Shown: positions 27,347 to 37,457 of the stretch, one piece after another
Layout: each line of letters starts with the position of its first letter
How positions within the stretch are numbered: the stretch's first letter is position 1
Program-made: the position numbers and the translations under genes
Assembly: GCA_964371255.1 (NCBI GenBank)
Contig: CAYJKV010000004.1
Location: forward strand, 1-37,612
Source of the DNA: an uncultured Candidatus Saccharibacteria bacterium
Lineage (GTDB): Bacteria > Patescibacteriota > Andersenbacteria > UBA10190
Direction: 5' to 3'
Length of the DNA: 37,612 nucleotides
The notes under the pieces: generated by a model
What the model saw: only the letters and a program-made list of their open reading frames with translations
What the model was told of the DNA's origin: nothing
The model's database searches: none

Positions 27347-30300
27347 ATGTCTAAAGGGAAAAGAAAATTTATAGTATTGAAGAGGGCAGTCGGAGTTTTT
27401 TTGATGTTGTGGATGAGCGCGCTAAGCCCAGCGATAGCTTTGGCGGACGAGGCCACAGATGCCGCGGGTAATCCTACTGGAGCGCCGGTTGACACCGGGG
27501 CGCCGGAGGATACGGGAGCGCCGGAATGTACCGGAGCGGGTTGTGGTCAGGGGGCAGACCAGGGGGTGGATCAAGGAGTGGATCAAGGCGGTTTAAGCGC
27601 TGAGGATTTGGGTGCGGATGAAAACGGTAATTTACCGGAGGGAGTAGCAGATACCAGACAGGGAGCCAGCCAGGGGGCAACGCAAGGGACGGGCCAAGGG
27701 TCAGCGGAAGTTACCGCGACTAATAGTAATACGGGAGCAGGTTCAAATAATGAAGTGACGACGGGAGTTAGTGACACGACGGCGACTGATGTCAATAATG
27801 CGGCCAATGACTCGACAAACGTTGATGCGACGGCTAAAACGGGCGGTAATAGCCAAAACGAGAATACGCAAGCCGATGGTCTGACTACAGGCACGGCCAG
27901 TATTGGCGTGACGCAGGTGAAAAATGACAACTCAACGACGGTGGGCGGAACTTCCGGCTTAAACATTAATGGCTACAACGGTGATTTCAACGGAGATTTA
28001 ATGCTGGAATTTGGCGCTATGCTGGGCGGCTTGACGGGGGAAGATGGCTCAGTACGGGCGGTAAACAACGCAACGGGAGCGGATTCGAACAATGAGATTA
28101 ATTTGAGCACCATCGTGGACAAACTAACCGAGGTGCAAAACGATGGGGTGATAAATAATATTTTAGATTTGGCGGCGATCAGCGGGCAGAATGAAGCGAA
28201 TAAAAATACTAGCGGCGGATCAATCACGACCGGGGACGCTAACATCGCAGCCACTTTAGTTAACTTACTAAATACCACCGTGATCAATGGCGGTTTATGG
28301 CTGACGGTGGCAGATATTTTTGGCAACTTGAATGGCAATATTGTACTGCCGGAGTTCGGTGCGTTAGCGGCCGCGGCCGGATTTGGCAATGTTACGGTTG
28401 ACGCCGTGAATGAGGCAACAGGAGCGGAATCGGACAACCAAATAGATATTGATGTGATAGAGGAGCAGGTGACGGATATCAATAATGAGGCGGATATAAA
28501 CACGAGGATAAAGGCCGACGCGATCACTGGTCAGAACGAAACAATGGCTAACACCGGCGGCGGAAATATTATAACAGGCGATGGTAAAGTCACAGCCAGT
28601 AACATCTCGCTAGCGAATACGACAGTGGAAGGCGGCAATTGGGGATTGGTGGTAGTGAACGCTCTAAACAAGTGGCTGGGATTTATGGTGGGAGAAGAAG
28701 GTCAGGTTAGAGCCTTGTCCCAAGAAGAGACGCTGCGCGAAATTGAGGCGCAAAATTCCCAGACCGGGGCGGATTCGGCGAATAGTATTGCCGTGAATGA
28801 CGAATCTTACGATACGACTTTGGTGGATAATAACGCGGTTATAAATAATGAGGTGACCGCCCAGGCGATCACCGGGCAGAACATGGCGAATAAGAACACA
28901 GGAGCAGGCAACATTGAGACCGGAGACGCTAACGTGGAAGTAACCGCAATCAATGTGGCTAATACGACGGTGAAGGATGGATCATTGTTTATCGCGGTAG
29001 TTAATGTGTTTGGCGATTGGTTTGGCGACTTGCTGTATGGCGGATCTTCATTACTGGCAGCAGCGGGAGGAGCGGCCCCAACAGTGGCGGTTGACGCGAC
29101 CAACAGCGAGACCGGGGCGGACTCTAACAATACAATAGATGTAGATGTGAACCGCAGTCAGGAAGTGATGGTAGATAACGAGGCTAATATTAATACCTTA
29201 CTGGACGCTAATATTGAAACAGGCGGCAACAAAGCGAACCGAAACACCCTAGGAGGGCAGGTGGAGACTGGCGACGGTTTGTTAGCCTTGCATTCCAGGG
29301 CGGTGGCCAACTTAACCGGGGTGGTAATGGATCCAGTAGCAGGCTTGGTAGTAAACGGATTGAACGATACAACCGGTTTTGAGTCGCAGAATAAGATAAA
29401 AGTGCGGTTGAATGAGGAGCGATTGCTAACCATCGATAACGAAGCAAATGTCAGCACGATATTTAGCGCACTGGCAAACACGGGTAATAACGAAGCCAGT
29501 CAAAATACAACAGGAGGAAGCATTCTGACGGGTATGATCGGCGCTAACGTCGGCATAGGAAACTTAATTAATCAGATAATGGTGGCAGCGGGCTGGGATG
29601 GCGGAGACCGACAAGTCGAAGCGGAGCTGAGCAATCTATTAACGGGTGCATCGTCTGAAAATGACAATAGCGCGGAGGCCTTATATAACTTACTGGCGGA
29701 TATTGCGAATAGAGGCGTGATAGATAATATTGTGGACTTGATACTAAACACGGGCGGCAACAAGAGTAACGACAATACAGGCGGTGGGGAAGTGTTAACA
29801 GGAGCAGGCTGTGTGAATGGATCAGTTAATAATGAGGCTAATACAGTGCAGCTGGCAGGGATGGGCGGTTGGTCAGTTAATAGTGATAACTTCGTGGACA
29901 TAAATAACGTCTTTGGAGTGATGGGTACGACCGGTAATAATGAAAGCAATAATAATACCGGTGGACAAGTTAGTGACGAAAAAAACAATGGTTGTCCCGA
30001 GATAGCCAAGGAAGAAGAGCCGGAAGAGTCTGAAGAAGAGGAAGAAAATGGTGAGGAAGTGGCTGAGGCAGGCGGCATGGGCGGCGGTGACGTGGGGCCA
30101 GATGAACCGGAAGGCAGGGTGGCAGCGGCGGTCAGCGATCACCGGGGAGAAAACGGACAAATCAAACAAGCCGGTAATGGACTATTAAAACGTTTTCCGG
30201 TTGCCGGAGAAGCGGGGCAAGCGTACTGGCTGGCCGGGCAGAAAGATTATCGTCTGTGGAGTTTGTTTTTTGCCGCGAGCGTGCTATTGTTGGCGGTTAC

Positions 30301-30361
30301 CTGGCACTTCGAGCAAAAGAGAAGAGCTAAGGACTTGGGGATATTGATTAGACCTAGCTAA
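27347..30361 (+). CDS. Large secreted/surface TGADS-repeat protein with LPXTG-like C-terminal anchor
   Basis: Signal ending AIALA-D; about 7 repeats NxxTGAxSxN..AxTGxNxxxxNTGGGxIxTG; acidic linker; RFPVAG, TM, KRRAK. Confidence 0.85.
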   Translation: MSKGKRKFIVLKRAVGVFLMLWMSALSPAIALADEATDAAGNPTGAPVDTGAPEDTGAPECTGAGCGQGADQGVDQGVDQGGLSAEDLGADENGNLPEGVADTRQGASQGATQGTGQGSAEVTATNSNTGAGSNNEVTTGVSDTTATDVNNAANDSTNVDATAKTGGNSQNENTQADGLTTGTASIGVTQVKNDNSTTVGGTSGLNINGYNGDFNGDLMLEFGAMLGGLTGEDGSVRAVNNATGADSNNEINLSTIVDKLTEVQNDGVINNILDLAAISGQNEANKNTSGGSITTGDANIAATLVNLLNTTVINGGLWLTVADIFGNLNGNIVLPEFGALAAAAGFGNVTVDAVNEATGAESDNQIDIDVIEEQVTDINNEADINTRIKADAITGQNETMANTGGGNIITGDGKVTASNISLANTTVEGGNWGLVVVNALNKWLGFMVGEEGQVRALSQEETLREIEAQNSQTGADSANSIAVNDESYDTTLVDNNAVINNEVTAQAITGQNMANKNTGAGNIETGDANVEVTAINVANTTVKDGSLFIAVVNVFGDWFGDLLYGGSSLLAAAGGAAPTVAVDATNSETGADSNNTIDVDVNRSQEVMVDNEANINTLLDANIETGGNKANRNTLGGQVETGDGLLALHSRAVANLTGVVMDPVAGLVVNGLNDTTGFESQNKIKVRLNEERLLTIDNEANVSTIFSALANTGNNEASQNTTGGSILTGMIGANVGIGNLINQIMVAAGWDGGDRQVEAELSNLLTGASSENDNSAEALYNLLADIANRGVIDNIVDLILNTGGNKSNDNTGGGEVLTGAGCVNGSVNNEANTVQLAGMGGWSVNSDNFVDINNVFGVMGTTGNNESNNNTGGQVSDEKNNGCPEIAKEEEPEESEEEEENGEEVAEAGGMGGGDVGPDEPEGRVAAAVSDHRGENGQIKQAGNGLLKRFPVAGEAGQAYWLAGQKDYRLWSLFFAASVLLLAVTWHFEQKRRAKDLGILIRPS

Positions 30362-30434
30362 GAGGGTTGGCACAGATAACGAACAGGTAACGATCAATAG
30401 CTAGCGGCACGAAATTTGTATTTGCATAAGAGAA

Positions 30435-31340
30435 ATGGATAAAAAAAGAAAAATTTTAATTGGTGCAGGGGGGGTTGTTTTGGTTGCGATGGTGGCGATC
30501 GTGGCTTGGGCGCAGGCGAACCAAGTTAAAAAGGGCAGTAAGGTTATGGAAAAAGCGATAGAACAACTGCAACAGGCAGGCGGTTTACATAGTGAGATTA
30601 ACTTATCGCTTAATCTGCCGGAGCGGATGAGAAACAGACAAAGGCCTCTGACCAAGGTGAGTATAGATCTGGATGGGGATGTAGTGAAAAGTGGGGAAGC
30701 TTTGGAGGTGGCAGGGGTGATGAACTTAGAAGCGAAAGGTCCTGGTAATATTTTCTTTGCTCAAGGTGAGATAAGCGCATGGGAAAATATAACAGCGTTC
30801 AAGTTGAGCGAGTTTCCAGTACTGCTTAATCCGAGCGGCAACTTGAGCGGCAAATGGACGTATGTGCGAACTAGGCTGTTGGGCATTAAATCAGAGGGAC
30901 AACCATTGGCAGCGTTGCGCAGTTTAGGAGAAGGATTAACTTATCAGGGAACAGACAAGGTTGGCGAGGAGCCGGCGTGGCGGTATTCAGGAACGGTGTC
31001 GGATGAAGCGAGTAAGCAATTACAGGAGGCATGGCGCCTGAGCACGTCTGACAATAAAGGGTTGGATGTAATTGCCCGGTTGTTGGCTGCTAATAAAGTA
31101 AAGCAGTTGGATGTGTGGGTGGCCAAGAACGACAGCCAACTGCGTCAGGTAAAAGTTAATTTTGTGCGTCCGTTAAGCAATGGCAATGAATTTGATTTTG
31201 CCACACTGGATATTTTGCTGACGGACTATGGTAAAGTGGCGGTGATTGACCGGCCAGCGGAGGAATTAACCGTGAAACCAGAAGTATTTGCCAAATTATT
31301 TGGTACCGGAGAGATTGAAGAGATAAAAACTGAAGAATAG
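30435..31340 (+). CDS. Membrane-anchored hypothetical protein, possibly LolA/LppX-like fold
   Basis: KKRK plus N-terminal TM; GTDKVGEEPAWRYSG, LDVWVAKND..LRQV, LTDYGKVAVIDRP pattern. Confidence 0.6.
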   Translation: MDKKRKILIGAGGVVLVAMVAIVAWAQANQVKKGSKVMEKAIEQLQQAGGLHSEINLSLNLPERMRNRQRPLTKVSIDLDGDVVKSGEALEVAGVMNLEAKGPGNIFFAQGEISAWENITAFKLSEFPVLLNPSGNLSGKWTYVRTRLLGIKSEGQPLAALRSLGEGLTYQGTDKVGEEPAWRYSGTVSDEASKQLQEAWRLSTSDNKGLDVIARLLAANKVKQLDVWVAKNDSQLRQVKVNFVRPLSNGNEFDFATLDILLTDYGKVAVIDRPAEELTVKPEVFAKLFGTGEIEEIKTEE

Positions 31341-31494
31341 GAGGCGGAGGTTAAAAGTTAAGCAGGCCAACGGCCATGAGCGTTGGCAAAGAAGTGATAT
31401 GAGCCACTAAAAGTGGCTTAGTTAATAGGACTAGGCCAGCGCATGTGAATAAGAATAAGTTTATTGGCAGGTGATGATATGAGATAATGAAGGG

Positions 31495-34263
31495 ATGAGT
31501 ATAGAAACAATGCCATCAGCAACCGGGAAGGAGTTTGTGCCGGAAGGAGAAGAACCGCAGTGGGGTTATCAGGTGGAATATTCTAGTGGAAACGCAGAGC
31601 ATGACGAGGTCTTGGATAAGCGTGCAGAAAGAATTGAGGAATTATTAGGGAAACCATTGCCAGTAAAGTTGGTGGCGGATACAGACCAATATATTGGTAA
31701 TATATTAGCCGAACGTGATGAGGCGGGGAAGGGCGGTTTTATAAAGGAAGGGGAAGGCATGAACAGAAAGGATGTGTTGGCCCAGAACGTGATTGAAATG
31801 GACAAGTCATCGGCTACCGACAGCTATGTGGATTTGATTAAACGGTTACGAGGACACGAGGGTCAGACAGCGAGGAGTTTAGATGAAATTATGCAGGAAG
31901 CAAATCAGTTGGAAGGAACTGATAAAGTCAGGCGGTTACAAGCTATTAAGGTTTTTAGTTTAGCGTTAGATGAAATGATCCCGGCTCATTCATTGTCAGT
32001 AGACTGGGAAAAATTGGAGGAAGAGAAAAAGGCGTTGATTCGAGTGGCGGAGATTACAAAATTTAGAGTAGACGTTGAGTTGGGTGAGGCGGTAGTGTTC
32101 GCCAGCGACAAGGCGCCAGAGGAAGCGCGCGTTGCTTATGCGAAACAAGTGGAAGAGACAATGAGAGACTACGCAAACGGAGATGATCTGCCGTGGGGGG
32201 TGCGAGTGGAATTTGGCAACGAGGCCGACCGAATGAAATATTATATCAATCAGCAGTTAGAGACACAGTCTGCAAAGACAGGTGAAAACAAGAAAGAATC
32301 CGTGGGTGATGATAATGAAGCAGAAACTGTTATACAAAAGGGAAGCGAAACGGACACGGTGATTATGTCTGACCAAACAGCAACCGAGCCGGCGCCTGAA
32401 CAATCTGCGCCAACGGTTCACCCGAAAATGGCGGCGGAGGCAGAAACTGTTGCAGTGGCGGCGGAACAGTCAGAAGCGGCGGAGAAAGCGCCTGAGTCGG
32501 AATATGTTGATCGGCCAATATTTGGCCGGGAAGCGATTAAGAGTAAGGACGTAAAGGCAATACAGGAACAGTTAAAACAATTAGCCGAGAAGAATGATGC
32601 GCGCAGCGCTTTTGATTTAGCGCGCCAATTAGCGTATTTGAAGCGGGCCGGGATTAAATTGTCAGACCGCGGCAAGGAATATTATGCCCAAAGTCTGGAT
32701 AGGCAGGGTGAGGCGATGCGCGAGCGGGGGGGCAGGGCAGTGGCGCAGTACCATACGTATTTGAAGTATCTGGGAATGGAGCAAGATTTGGCAGCCGAAG
32801 ATAAGGCGATTATCCGTGAGTCTTGTGAAGCGGGAGGGTTAGGGAACCGAAGACATTTGGCTTCGCTAGCGGTGAACGCTAAATATTTGGGGGTATTGGA
32901 TGATGTGGAATTTATCAAAGATGATTTGGAGGCTGACTTTAGAGGGCAGTTGGAGGAGCATGTACCTGCCGACAATATTGCGCTGGAGATGGCCAGGCGA
33001 AAATATTTGCAGGTACCGTATAAATTGCCGGAAAAATATGAGGAGGTTCAAGAGTTAGTTGATAGTCGGCTTGAACGGTGCGTCAAGGATGGGTTGTGGG
33101 ATAAGTATGTGCGACTTAAGGGACATGTGGACTATGTGCAGGGTGGCGGGACAGTGGAGGAGGAGAACAAAGAAAAAATAGCGGGCTATGTAGAAGAAAT
33201 GGCCAAGAGGGCGAGAAAGGACGGGATCTGGCAGGAATACTCGGCTTATATAGGCGATGCGGCACACTTGTCCCGTCATAATGGAAAGTATGGACAAGCC
33301 AATGAAACAAAAGAGAACCAAACGGAAGCGGAGAGTATTGTCGTTGGTTCATGGATCAATTTGGAAAGTGAAGAGGGGCAAAGAGAGGCTGAAGGAGGAG
33401 AGGCAAAAAAAGAAGATGGGATACCGGATACCGGCATGGCTAAAGAAACAGAGCGGGACGAGGCAGGAAACAAAAGAGTGATTGATCCGGAGCAATATCC
33501 GAACCGGGCACAGTTTGAGGAAAAAGCCAAAAAATTTAATGAGGCACAGGAGAATAATCCCAAGGCCTGGGGCAGTGTCCAGGATATCTTGCACCGGGAA
33601 AGATTGGAGCTGAAGCAGCGTGAGAATTATTTATTGAAAAAACGGCAAGAACAAGAGAGGGAGGGGAGTGTCGAGGCGCAGTGGGCGAACGAGGCAATGG
33701 ATAGGCTGAGGGAGGGCGCAGACTTCTCGGAAGTAGTAAATGAGGATTATTTGATGGAGCATTTGTTGAGGCATAAAGTCAGCGCACCAGAAAGAGAAGA
33801 ACGACGAGGGCGATATCTGGGAATAATGCGTAATGAGCTGGGGTTAGCGCAAATGATAGATGAACCGACGATGATGGATCGGGTCAGTTCGATATGGATG
33901 GAACGGTGGTATGCCCGTTGGCAGGTAGCCAAAGGAGTAAATAAGCTGAAGGCAGTATGGCCATGGGGCAAGGCTAAACGACGAGAGGTAGTGAGGGCTC
34001 GGCAAGATATGATTAGTACTATAGAGGAGGCAGCAGTGGATGAGAAAGTAGACGGCCGGGTGCGGGCGTTGCTGCAGCGACTGGCGACTGAGTTTGAATT
34101 GATGAATGTGCGGGATGCCGGGCCATTAGCAGGGAAGAAACACGTAAGTGAACAAAAAAAGAAGAAGAATAAAACAAAAGGGGCGGCACAACCGCAGAGA
34201 GGAAAGGGAAGGGAGAGCGCTGCCGAGAAAGAAAAAGAAGCTTCTTATGGAGGGAGGGGCTAG
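31495..34263 (+). CDS. Large charged, helical hypothetical protein
   Basis: 922-aa ORF, E/K-rich, no signal peptide and no recognised motif. Confidence 0.8.
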   Translation: MSIETMPSATGKEFVPEGEEPQWGYQVEYSSGNAEHDEVLDKRAERIEELLGKPLPVKLVADTDQYIGNILAERDEAGKGGFIKEGEGMNRKDVLAQNVIEMDKSSATDSYVDLIKRLRGHEGQTARSLDEIMQEANQLEGTDKVRRLQAIKVFSLALDEMIPAHSLSVDWEKLEEEKKALIRVAEITKFRVDVELGEAVVFASDKAPEEARVAYAKQVEETMRDYANGDDLPWGVRVEFGNEADRMKYYINQQLETQSAKTGENKKESVGDDNEAETVIQKGSETDTVIMSDQTATEPAPEQSAPTVHPKMAAEAETVAVAAEQSEAAEKAPESEYVDRPIFGREAIKSKDVKAIQEQLKQLAEKNDARSAFDLARQLAYLKRAGIKLSDRGKEYYAQSLDRQGEAMRERGGRAVAQYHTYLKYLGMEQDLAAEDKAIIRESCEAGGLGNRRHLASLAVNAKYLGVLDDVEFIKDDLEADFRGQLEEHVPADNIALEMARRKYLQVPYKLPEKYEEVQELVDSRLERCVKDGLWDKYVRLKGHVDYVQGGGTVEEENKEKIAGYVEEMAKRARKDGIWQEYSAYIGDAAHLSRHNGKYGQANETKENQTEAESIVVGSWINLESEEGQREAEGGEAKKEDGIPDTGMAKETERDEAGNKRVIDPEQYPNRAQFEEKAKKFNEAQENNPKAWGSVQDILHRERLELKQRENYLLKKRQEQEREGSVEAQWANEAMDRLREGADFSEVVNEDYLMEHLLRHKVSAPEREERRGRYLGIMRNELGLAQMIDEPTMMDRVSSIWMERWYARWQVAKGVNKLKAVWPWGKAKRREVVRARQDMISTIEEAAVDEKVDGRVRALLQRLATEFELMNVRDAGPLAGKKHVSEQKKKKNKTKGAAQPQRGKGRESAAEKEKEASYGGRG

Positions 34264-34352
34264 CGGTTTTTGCTAGAACAGGATAAATAGACAGAGCCTG
34301 GGCCGAGAACAGATATGCTAGATAATAGGAATCGAGTTACACTGTCTTTTAT

Positions 34353-34856
34353 ATGTTGTCAGGCGCAGAAAAATTACCACAGAGGGGTGTAACAGAGGAA
34401 GAAAAACCCGAGTCGCTAATTTGGCGCAACAAAGAAGGGGCGAGGGAATTTATTAAAAGGGTGGAAAACAGAAAGGAACAAGAGACGCGGCAGGGAGTGC
34501 GGCGTGACCGAGAGCTGTTAGCTGATGAGCTGGCGCGCGAAATAGAAAAACAGGGCGAGGAAGCCGTGGATACGAGTTGGCCGTGGGAGCATAGCCCGGA
34601 GGAACATCGAGAAGTGCAGCGTTTGGTGGAAGTGGCTTTTAGGGAGGATTTAGTGCTGGCCTTAAAGAAGATGAGGAAAAGTGAGCATTATCCAAGAATT
34701 GTTGATTTGTTTCATGATGTGCTGACTGAGCAGATGTATGAGGTCTTAATAAAAGCAGGGCTGAATAAGCAGCGAGTAGGGAAGGGGATGTGGACACTAA
34801 TCGGCCTGGCTGGGTTGCTGGTATTGGGAGCGTTAGCGGCGCTTATTTTTGCATAG
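34353..34856 (+). CDS. Hypothetical protein with C-terminal TM, upstream partner of the ATPase
   Basis: 167 aa; VQRLVEVAF..IVDLFHDVL; 27 bp before the next gene. Confidence 0.75.
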   Translation: MLSGAEKLPQRGVTEEEKPESLIWRNKEGAREFIKRVENRKEQETRQGVRRDRELLADELAREIEKQGEEAVDTSWPWEHSPEEHREVQRLVEVAFREDLVLALKKMRKSEHYPRIVDLFHDVLTEQMYEVLIKAGLNKQRVGKGMWTLIGLAGLLVLGALAALIFA

Positions 34857-34883
34857 AGATCTAAAATTCGAGCTTAAATTATT

Positions 34884-37370
34884 ATGTCTTTACTCACGAT
34901 AGTTATTGCCGGATTATTGGTGGCGGCGGCCGGGGTGCTTTTATGGCTGCTTGTAATGACGTTGCGTGAACAAGCTGTGCTGCGGCGGACACTGGATATT
35001 GTGATGCTGCAAGTGACACTACCGAAGGATGTTAAAGCGGAGGAAAGAAAAGAAGGGGTAGGGGATGAGATTAAGGAGAAAATTAGCGTAGCCGAGCAGT
35101 TCCTGTCGACGTTATCCAAATTACCGGTGCAGCTAATGGACCGACTGATCTACGGCCGGCCGGTAGTAGTGTTTGAAATAGTGACAGCTAATAGCGGAGT
35201 GATTACGTTCCAAGCAGGAACAGAACGGCGTTTTATTGACTTAATGGAGAAACAAATTTACGCGCTCTATCCCGAAGCGGAAGCGCAAAGGGCGGCGCCT
35301 TATACACTTTTTGATGAAGGCGATTCTATTAGGGGTGGTCGAGTACATATGAAACATGCGTCCCATTTGCCAATTGCGACCTATAAGGAGCTGGAGGCCG
35401 ATCCGATGCAATCGTTAACTGGCGCCCTGGCAAACATCCAGGCCACGGATGCGGCGGTTATTCAGTTCGTGTGCCGGCCATCAGCCGAAAGGGTCAGGAA
35501 AAAGGGGCAGGCAGCCGCCCGGAAAACAGTCCATGGAATGCAAAACGACATCAGAGGCGGTGCGAAAATGAAGTCAGCGGCAGAGGTGCTGACAAAAACT
35601 GAGGCGCAGCGAGAAAAAAAGGAACAGCGGCAGGCGCAACTGACGCCGCGAGCACAGGAAAGGGTGGAGCTGGTGGAAAAGAAAGCGAGCCAGCAATTGT
35701 TTGATGTGAATATTCGGGTGGCAGTATCGACGCGGGATGCGATGGAAGCAGACCGGGTGTTCGATAGCATTGCGGCTGCCTTTTCTCAGTACGATCTGTT
35801 GGATTTGAACGAATTAAAGATTAGTAAAATAAGACGAACGGATAGATTTATCCGGGACCTGGTTTTCAAGATGCCGAGGCAGAGTACGGCTAGTGTTTTT
35901 AGTACTACAGAATTAGCTTCGCTGTTCCATTTTCCGTTGCCAACTACGGAGACACCAAACATCCTGTGGCGTGGTTCCCGGACGGCACCAGTGCCAGCTA
36001 ATTTGCCGCAAGAAGGAGTATTGCTGGGATACAACGATTACCGTGGTGTGAGAGCAAGGGTCTATTTCGCACCGGATGATCGGCGGCGTCATCTTTACAT
36101 GGTGGGACAAACAGGGACGGGCAAGACAACAATGTTCCTGAATATGATTATGCAGGACATTGAAGCGGGGCACGGTGTGGGCGTGATTGATCCGCATGGC
36201 GATTTAATTGAAGATGTATTATTGCGAGTACCGGCGGGGCGCCGGGACGATGTGATATTGCTTGATCCGCGGGATGAAGATCGGCCGCTCGGTTTTAATA
36301 TTTTAGAAGTAAGGGGGGAAGCGCAAAAAGACTTAGTGGTCAATGAAGTGGTGCAGATTTTACAAAAATTAGCGGCCAGACTAAATCCTGAGTCGATTGG
36401 ACCGATGTTTGAGCATTATTTGCGCAATGCCTTACTGGCACTAGTGGAAGATCCAGAGGCCACTTTAATTGACGTGCCCAGAATGTTCGTCGATGAGAAA
36501 TTTAGACAGGGTGTGCTGACCAAGAACAAAAATCCAACCGTCAAGCAGTTTTGGGAACAGGAATTCGCGCAAAGCCAGCGGGGGCAGATGTCGGCGGACA
36601 TGCTGAGTTACGTAATCAGCAAACTGGGCCGGTTTGTGAGTAACCGGACGATGCGTAATATTATCGGGCAGGCATCATCTAGTTTTGATGTGCGCAAAGT
36701 GATGGATGAGAAGAAGATATTATTATGCAATTTATCTAAAGGTAATTTAGGGGACATTAATTCGGACCTGCTTGGTTTTGTGCTGGTGTCAAAAATGCAA
36801 ATCGCGGCGCTGAGCCGCGCGGATGTTGGCGAAGATAAACGTCCTGATTTTTACCTTTACTTAGATGAATTTCAGAATTTTACGACCGATAGTATCGTGA
36901 CGATCTTATCAGAAGCGAGGAAGTACCGATTGAACCTAAATTTAACGCATCAATTTTTACAGCAGTTGGAGGATAAGATCAGAGAAGCCGTGCTGGGCAA
37001 TGTCGGGACGGTAGTTTGTTATCGAGTGGGCGTGGAGGATACGGAACTGCTGACTAAGCAGTTTGAACCGGTGTTTACTGAATATGACTTAGTAAACATG
37101 AAGCGGTTCACGGCGGCGGTTAGGCTGCTGGCCGGAGGAACACCCCAACGCGCCTTTAGTTTGAATGTGCCGAGAACACAGATGAATGGAGATTGGAAGG
37201 GAAGAGAAGAGATCAGGCAGCGATCGCGCAGCAAATACGGGCGCCCTGTGGCACAGGTGGAGGAGAGAATTATGCAGAGATTTGTGTATAACCAAGGGCC
37301 TCTAAAGAAGAGAAAGACGACAGCGGGCGACGGGGACTATTTAAGCGAGTCCTTGTTTGATGTGAGCTAA
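34884..37370 (+). CDS. Membrane-anchored VirD4/TrwB/HerA-superfamily P-loop ATPase
   Basis: N-terminal TM; DRRRHLYMVGQTGTGKT, VIDPHGDL, LYLDEFQNF, LSEARKYRL, VLGNVGT. Confidence 0.9.
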   Translation: MSLLTIVIAGLLVAAAGVLLWLLVMTLREQAVLRRTLDIVMLQVTLPKDVKAEERKEGVGDEIKEKISVAEQFLSTLSKLPVQLMDRLIYGRPVVVFEIVTANSGVITFQAGTERRFIDLMEKQIYALYPEAEAQRAAPYTLFDEGDSIRGGRVHMKHASHLPIATYKELEADPMQSLTGALANIQATDAAVIQFVCRPSAERVRKKGQAAARKTVHGMQNDIRGGAKMKSAAEVLTKTEAQREKKEQRQAQLTPRAQERVELVEKKASQQLFDVNIRVAVSTRDAMEADRVFDSIAAAFSQYDLLDLNELKISKIRRTDRFIRDLVFKMPRQSTASVFSTTELASLFHFPLPTTETPNILWRGSRTAPVPANLPQEGVLLGYNDYRGVRARVYFAPDDRRRHLYMVGQTGTGKTTMFLNMIMQDIEAGHGVGVIDPHGDLIEDVLLRVPAGRRDDVILLDPRDEDRPLGFNILEVRGEAQKDLVVNEVVQILQKLAARLNPESIGPMFEHYLRNALLALVEDPEATLIDVPRMFVDEKFRQGVLTKNKNPTVKQFWEQEFAQSQRGQMSADMLSYVISKLGRFVSNRTMRNIIGQASSSFDVRKVMDEKKILLCNLSKGNLGDINSDLLGFVLVSKMQIAALSRADVGEDKRPDFYLYLDEFQNFTTDSIVTILSEARKYRLNLNLTHQFLQQLEDKIREAVLGNVGTVVCYRVGVEDTELLTKQFEPVFTEYDLVNMKRFTAAVRLLAGGTPQRAFSLNVPRTQMNGDWKGREEIRQRSRSKYGRPVAQVEERIMQRFVYNQGPLKKRKTTAGDGDYLSESLFDVS

Positions 37371-37457
37371 AGGTATGATAGAGACTGGGGTTTGAAGGTA
37401 AGAATTGCACCATGGTAGGATAGGCACAGAGGGGCTTATTATTTAGCATCTATAAAA

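Noticed and set aside
25942-30169. Numerous minus-strand S/L/V/P-rich ORFs
   Set aside because: Antisense artefacts of the D/N/T/G-biased repeat genes.
34884-37370. Conjugative element / ICE
   Set aside because: No integrase, relaxase or mating-pair genes in the window.
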